Shown here in pieces: positions 59,872 to 64,000 of a DNA stretch of 64,000 bases. The stretch is from contig CAVZYJ010000014.1 of assembly GCA_963779485.1 (NCBI GenBank), positions 61,960-125,959 of the forward strand, given 5' to 3'. Position numbers and translations under genes: made by a program. Position 1 is the first letter of the stretch; every line of letters begins with the position of its first letter. The notes below the pieces were generated by a model. That model was not told the origin of the DNA and made no database searches. It worked only from the letters and a program-made list of their open reading frames with translations. Source of the DNA: an uncultured Actinomycetota bacterium. Its GTDB lineage: Bacteria; Actinomycetota; Actinomycetes; Mycobacteriales; Jatrophihabitantaceae.

Positions 59872-60355
59872 TTACAGCCAGTCCTTGCGTTTGAAGAGTA
59901 TGTACAGCAACCCGGACATAACGATGATCACGAGTGATGAGGCGTAGAAGCCGGATGTCCTGCTGAACCCGGGTAGGGCACGTTCTGTCCGCATAAGCCG
60001 GTGATGGCGGTGGGAACAGCAAGGATCGCCGCCCAGCTCGTCACCTTTTCGTGATGACGTGAGCCGGTTGCCCTGGATCGTCAGGTTGGTTTCCAGCACG
60101 CTAGTCACCAGGTCTCGCAGGCCTTCGGTTCACTCGGTCCCGGGCAGCTTTGCGCGCTGCCGCGGGTGCACAGCGTCCTCGACGGCGAGCTCGTGCAGCC
60201 CGAGCTCGTCAGCCACCAGCCGCAGGTCATCGACGTCAGGAGCGCACAAATCGATCCACTAGTGCGTCCGGCTGTTCGAGGTGTTCGGATACGTCGGCGA
60301 GCGCAAAGTCCTTGTCGGTGAGGACACTGGCGCGGTAGCAGCGGGTGCGAGCCAT
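59872..60355 (-). pseudogene. corA: CorA magnesium transporter remnant (frameshifts and internal deletion)
   Basis: From ATG 60355: MARTRCYRASVLTDKDFALADVSEHLEQPDALV. In another frame: IDLCAPDVDDLRLVADELGLHELAVEDAVHPRQRAKL. After a gap: ...VTSVLETNLTIQGNRLT... The C-terminal TM part ...GFYASSLVIIVMSGLLYILFKRKDWL* is a typical CorA end. The total span of about 480 nt compares with roughly 1 kb expected. Confidence 0.7.
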
Positions 60356-60446
60356 ACCGGAAACGCTAGCCCGCCGCCAGCAACAACGCCGCAGGCCGCC
60401 GACCGCCGCAATCATGACTTGACGACCGCGAGCCGTGCAGCTGAAG

Positions 60447-60693
60447 GGCTCTCTTGCGTTGATTGACGGGAATGATCTTGACTGGGTGAGACCGGGCGGA
60501 ACCCCGCTCAGATGCAGAGCGCGACTTGGTCGAACGCGGTGCGGGCGCGAGCGAGGGGCGGTTCGTCAGCTACGTCGTCGTACTGTCTGCGGCGCAGGTT
60601 CTGAATGAAAGCGTGACCTGCCGCGATGATCCGAGCAGATCGCAGTCGCTTGAGTCCAGGCATCGGTCGCAGCCTGGCTTTGAGCCGTCCGTG
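60447..60693 (-). mobile_element. IS6 family remnant: terminal inverted repeat plus C-terminal ~60 codons of the transposase
   Basis: The minus strand reads VDHGRLKARLRPMPGLKRLRSARIIAAGHAFIQNLRRRQYDDDVADEPPLARARTAFDQVALCI* (stop at 60508), a typical IS6/IS26-type C-terminus. An in-frame TAA cuts it upstream. GGCTCTCTTGCGTT at 60447-60460 resembles the IS6100-type end GGCTCTGTTGCAAA. Confidence 0.65.
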
Positions 60694-60854
60694 ATCGACT
60701 CGTCGTTAGCCGGCATTAGCCGCGGAATGGTACGTGCACCGTTTACTCACCGCTTACTCCTTCTGCGGCGTGGAAGGCCTCGAGTGCCTCGCCTGGGGTG
60801 TCGTAGTAGGCGTTGGGGCCGAGGGCTGCGGAGGTGGCCGGCCTGGGCTATCGG

Positions 60855-63206
60855 CTACTGCCGGGCCATGGCGACTCGCATCTCACTTTCGGTGTCGGTG
60901 ATGAGCTCACCGGACACGTCGACGGTGACCTTGTGCAGCGTTCCGGTGAATCGGAACGGTGATGGGTAGTCGGGGGTTACCGGCGAGCCGGGGTTGGCGC
61001 CGCAGGTCAGCGCGCCGGGGTTGAGGACGAACGGCGTGGTCACGGGTGTGTCGGCGTCGGCGACTAGTGTGCCGTCGATGTAGAGCTGCAGCCGTCCCGG
61101 TGCGCCGCGTCCGTGGGGCAGGTCCGGCTGACCGGTCGGCTCGAATTCGAAGCGCAGTTCGTGCGTTCCGGTCGGTACCGGGTCGGGCGATGTGACGCGG
61201 TGCAGGCTGCGACCGACGTAGTTGTGGACGTAGTGCAACCTGCCGTCCTTGAGGAACAGCGAGTAGCCGCCGGCCGCGGTGCCCTGGGACAACAGGACAC
61301 CCTCCGCGCCGCCGTCGGGGATGTCGACCGTCGCCGTGATGGAGTGTGGCCGGTTCAGGACACGTGGGCCGGCGGCGAACGGAACGGACTGGGTGTTCGG
61401 CAAGTACGTGTAGCGGTCGCGGGGCGGAGCGGCCGCAGGCTTTTCGGCGATCAGGCGCTGCAGGCCGCTGCCGTCGATCGGCATCACCCCGTACTTGCCG
61501 GCCTCGATGTACCACGTCGCGATGAGCTCGATGAGCTTGTCGCGGTTGTCTGCGGCGACGTTGTGGTTCTCCGCGAAGTCTTCCTCGACGTGGTACAGCT
61601 CCCAGCGCTGACCGTCCAGTTCGGACAGCGTCTGGGCCGAGATGGGTTGCCCGAACCCGACGCCGGCCTCGGTGAATGACGGACCGGGCCACGGGCACAC
61701 CGCCCGCCAGCCGTCGTGATAGACCGCCCGGTGGCCGAGCATCTCGAAGTATTGCGTGTGGTGCAGGCTGGCTGCGGTCGGCGTGTCGAAGGTCTGCGCG
61801 AGACTCACGCCCTGGAGCGGGGACTGAGTGACGCCGCGGATCGTCGTCGGGGGGTCGATGCCCAGCATGTCCAGAACGGTCGGCACCATGTCGATGATGT
61901 GCGCGTACTGCGTGCGAACCTCCCCCTTGGCCTTGATCCCCTTGGGCCAGTGCACGAGGAACGGATCCGAGACGCCGCCCCGATAGGTCTCACGCTTCCA
62001 ACGCCGGAACGGTGTGTTGCCCGCCCAGGTCCAACCCCACGGGTAGTGGTTGAAGGTCTTGGGACCGCCGATCTCGTCGATCCGCTTGAGACTGTCCTCG
62101 AGGGACTCCGGCGCGTTGTTGAAGAACTGCGCCTCGTTGGTGGTGCCGGTCGGGCCGCCCTCGGCGCTGGCGCCGTTGTCGGAGATCACCATGATGATCG
62201 TGTTGTCCAGCTCGCCGCGCTCACGGAGGAAGTCCAGCAGCCGCCCGAGGTGATAGTCGGTGTGGCTCAGGAAGCCGGCGAACACCTCCATGAAGCGGCT
62301 GAAGAGTCTTCGCGCCGGTTCCGGCAGTGACTCCCATTCCGGCACGTCCGGGTCGTGCCGGGACAGCTTCGCATCAGCGGGGACGATCCCCAATTCCTTC
62401 TGCCGGGCGAAGACCCGCTCGCGGTAGGCGTCCCAGCCGTCGTCGAACTTGCCCGCGTACTTGTCCGCCCACTCGTTGGGGGCGTGATGCGGCGCGTGCG
62501 TGGCCCCGAAACACAGGTGCAGGTAGAACGGCTTATCGGGGTCGACCTGCTTGCTGTCGGCGATGAACTGGATCGACCGGTCGACCAGATCCGCGCTGAG
62601 GTGATAACCCTCCTCGGGCGTCGCCGGCGGCTCGACCTGGTGGTTGTCATACACGAGGTCGGGGTACCACTGGCTCGTGTCGCCGCCGAGGAATCCGTAG
62701 AAGCGCTCAAAACCTCGTGCCAGCGGCCAACGGTCATACGGCCCGGCGGCGGTCTCGTGGTTGCTGGGCGTCAGGTGCCACTTGCCGACCATGAACGTGT
62801 TGTATCCGTGGCCGAGCAGCATCTCGGACAGGAATCCGTTCTCGAACGGGATGACCCCGTTGTAGCCGGGGTAGCCCGAGGCGAGCTCGGTGATCGCGGC
62901 CATGCCATTGCTGTGGTGGTTGCGGCCGGTCAGAATGCAGGACCGGCTCGGCGAGCACAGCGCCGTGGTGTGCATGTTGTTGTAGCGCAACCCGTTGGCC
63001 GCAAGCGCATCGAAGTTGGGCGTCTCGATGGGACTGCCGTAGCAGCCCAGCTGCCCGAATCCGGTGTCGTCGAGAACGACCATCAGCACGTTGGGCGTGC
63101 CCGGCGCAGGCCGGGGAGTCACCGGCCACGCCGGCGCCGACACATCCGTCGTCCTACCAATAACCCCCGGGAAGGCAGCTCCAGGCTCGTACTCGGACAG
63201 CGCCAT
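60855..63206 (-). CDS. Arylsulfatase (formylglycine-dependent sulfatase family), 783 aa
   Basis: NVLMVVLDDTGFGQLGCYGS...HTTALCSPSRSCILTGRNHH (C-x-P-x-R active-site motif) ...GKWHL... Start MALSEYEPG at 63206 inside track ORF 60855..63326. Confidence 0.9.
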   Translation of the reverse strand: MALSEYEPGAAFPGVIGRTTDVSAPAWPVTPRPAPGTPNVLMVVLDDTGFGQLGCYGSPIETPNFDALAANGLRYNNMHTTALCSPSRSCILTGRNHHSNGMAAITELASGYPGYNGVIPFENGFLSEMLLGHGYNTFMVGKWHLTPSNHETAAGPYDRWPLARGFERFYGFLGGDTSQWYPDLVYDNHQVEPPATPEEGYHLSADLVDRSIQFIADSKQVDPDKPFYLHLCFGATHAPHHAPNEWADKYAGKFDDGWDAYRERVFARQKELGIVPADAKLSRHDPDVPEWESLPEPARRLFSRFMEVFAGFLSHTDYHLGRLLDFLRERGELDNTIIMVISDNGASAEGGPTGTTNEAQFFNNAPESLEDSLKRIDEIGGPKTFNHYPWGWTWAGNTPFRRWKRETYRGGVSDPFLVHWPKGIKAKGEVRTQYAHIIDMVPTVLDMLGIDPPTTIRGVTQSPLQGVSLAQTFDTPTAASLHHTQYFEMLGHRAVYHDGWRAVCPWPGPSFTEAGVGFGQPISAQTLSELDGQRWELYHVEEDFAENHNVAADNRDKLIELIATWYIEAGKYGVMPIDGSGLQRLIAEKPAAAPPRDRYTYLPNTQSVPFAAGPRVLNRPHSITATVDIPDGGAEGVLLSQGTAAGGYSLFLKDGRLHYVHNYVGRSLHRVTSPDPVPTGTHELRFEFEPTGQPDLPHGRGAPGRLQLYIDGTLVADADTPVTTPFVLNPGALTCGANPGSPVTPDYPSPFRFTGTLHKVTVDVSGELITDTESEMRVAMARQ

Positions 63207-64000
63207 GTCGACCTCCGCACGAGTTTCAAAAGCACAGGATGACCGCGACCGCTGGATCATCCCCGGCGAACGATATCGGGTGGCCCATGTGGCATCGTCA
63301 CTCGCTGCGGGTGACCTACGGTTCACGGCAACGGATCAGACTGAGCTCTGTCCTGATGGGACGCGCAGGCCGCGGCCATACAGGGCCGCGAGCGAGCCTT
63401 CGGGCGTGCCGTACCGCTGCGGGGCTGAGGTAGAAAGGACCGCGCATGGCAACAACATGCAAGACCGGATCGATCCCTTCCGGCCTTCCTTCCTTCGCCC
63501 GCCCGCGGCTCACCGGCCTTCGACGATCGGACCTTCGTCAAGCGCGCGCCGTAACGCTCGTCGACCACCGGCAAGCTGGGTCCGGTACCGCTCGCGTCGG
63601 TATTCGCAGGCGTACCGCATGTCGAATTGTCGCTTCAAGTTGGTTCTGTTTCTCCGGCGGTGATGCGCATCCTGTCATTAATCCCAGCTGATTTCGACGC
63701 CGGCAATCGGATGGTGTGGTCGATAATTCGTCTTGATACTGCCGGGTCGAGCGATGCGATTAGCTTGCCGATGGACAGTGCGAGCGGCAGACTCTGCGTG
63801 CGTCGCACGCCGGTGGCGGCCAGCTGGTTGATCTGTGACCGAGTGCCGGATGAGGTCAGCGGTGTCGGCGCGAATCGTCAGTCACAGGCGGATTATCCTG
63901 TCCGACGGACTGCGCCGCGACGGTATGCAGCCGACCGCACTCACCGCTTCCGACACCCCTGACCCGCCACCCTTCTACCTCTTCCCACCGAAATAGCATC

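Noticed and set aside
1-64000. CRISPR arrays, rRNA genes, prophage or integrase genes, toxin-antitoxin pairs, biosynthetic gene clusters
   Set aside because: No regularly spaced short direct repeats occur; the only tandem repeats are the 188-bp duplication and the 18-bp 2.6-copy repeat. There are no rRNA-like conserved stretches. No recombinase, phage structural, PKS, NRPS or terpene-type sequences were seen in any frame I inspected.
63300-64000. Possible gene fragments at the right edge (minus-strand INQLAATGVRRTQSLPLALSIGKLIASLDPAVSRRIIDHTIRLP...; 34-aa MRYACEYRRERYRTQLAGG...)
   Set aside because: The ORFs are short and interrupted, with no start or RBS context and no family I can recognise. 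They may be remnants, given the surrounding decay, but that cannot be supported from the sequence alone.

Overview
High-G+C actinobacterial chromosome segment; the species cannot be named from the sequence alone. All family names are from memory of homologues, since no searches were possible.

**Layout**
- 1-12.8 kb is a conserved housekeeping block: lepA, an LtrA-like gene, rpsT, holA, comEC, comEA, two polytopic GT-C-like membrane proteins (one MptB-like) and degV.
- From about 13 kb the window is accessory and mosaic.
- 13.0-21.9 kb is a visibly lower-G+C stretch. It holds an orphan 345-aa gene, a frameshifted VOC gene, a dead IS5/IS1182-like element with perfect 21-bp inverted repeats, and a permease / GPP34 / copper amine oxidase trio.
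- Next come VOC, DinB and GT39 genes and an mtnA-mtnB pair.
- 31.6-40 kb is a regulatory locus. It holds a decayed and an intact AAA+/LuxR paralogue, small ORFs, a whiB7-type gene, and a MarR gene divergent from a DHA2 efflux pump.
- 40-47 kb holds decayed DUF1254/DUF1214, SCO6745-like and MalT-like genes.
- 48.5-57.1 kb is a cluster of ion-homeostasis and general-stress-type genes: DUF2252, a small helical protein, DUF6325-like, an AI-2E transporter, YihY, a K+ channel, DUF1269 and a Na+/H+ antiporter.
- The window ends with a CEOS-like dehydrogenase, a corA remnant, an IS6 remnant and an arylsulfatase.
- No rRNA, tRNA or CRISPR array was found.

**Most interesting unexplained signals**
1. 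An oriented ~22-nt element occurs nine times, only in intergenic DNA. Three times it forms back-to-back divergent pairs in front of the stress/ion genes, and two copies carry a further ~140 nt of conserved leader.
2. An 18-24-bp palindrome (ATCNGCCAGCTGGCNGAT) occurs four times around the two LuxR paralogues and directly upstream of whiB7.
3. A 188-bp tandem duplication lies in an 870-bp divergent intergenic region.
4. Frameshifted or truncated genes are concentrated in the accessory part, while the core genes are intact.
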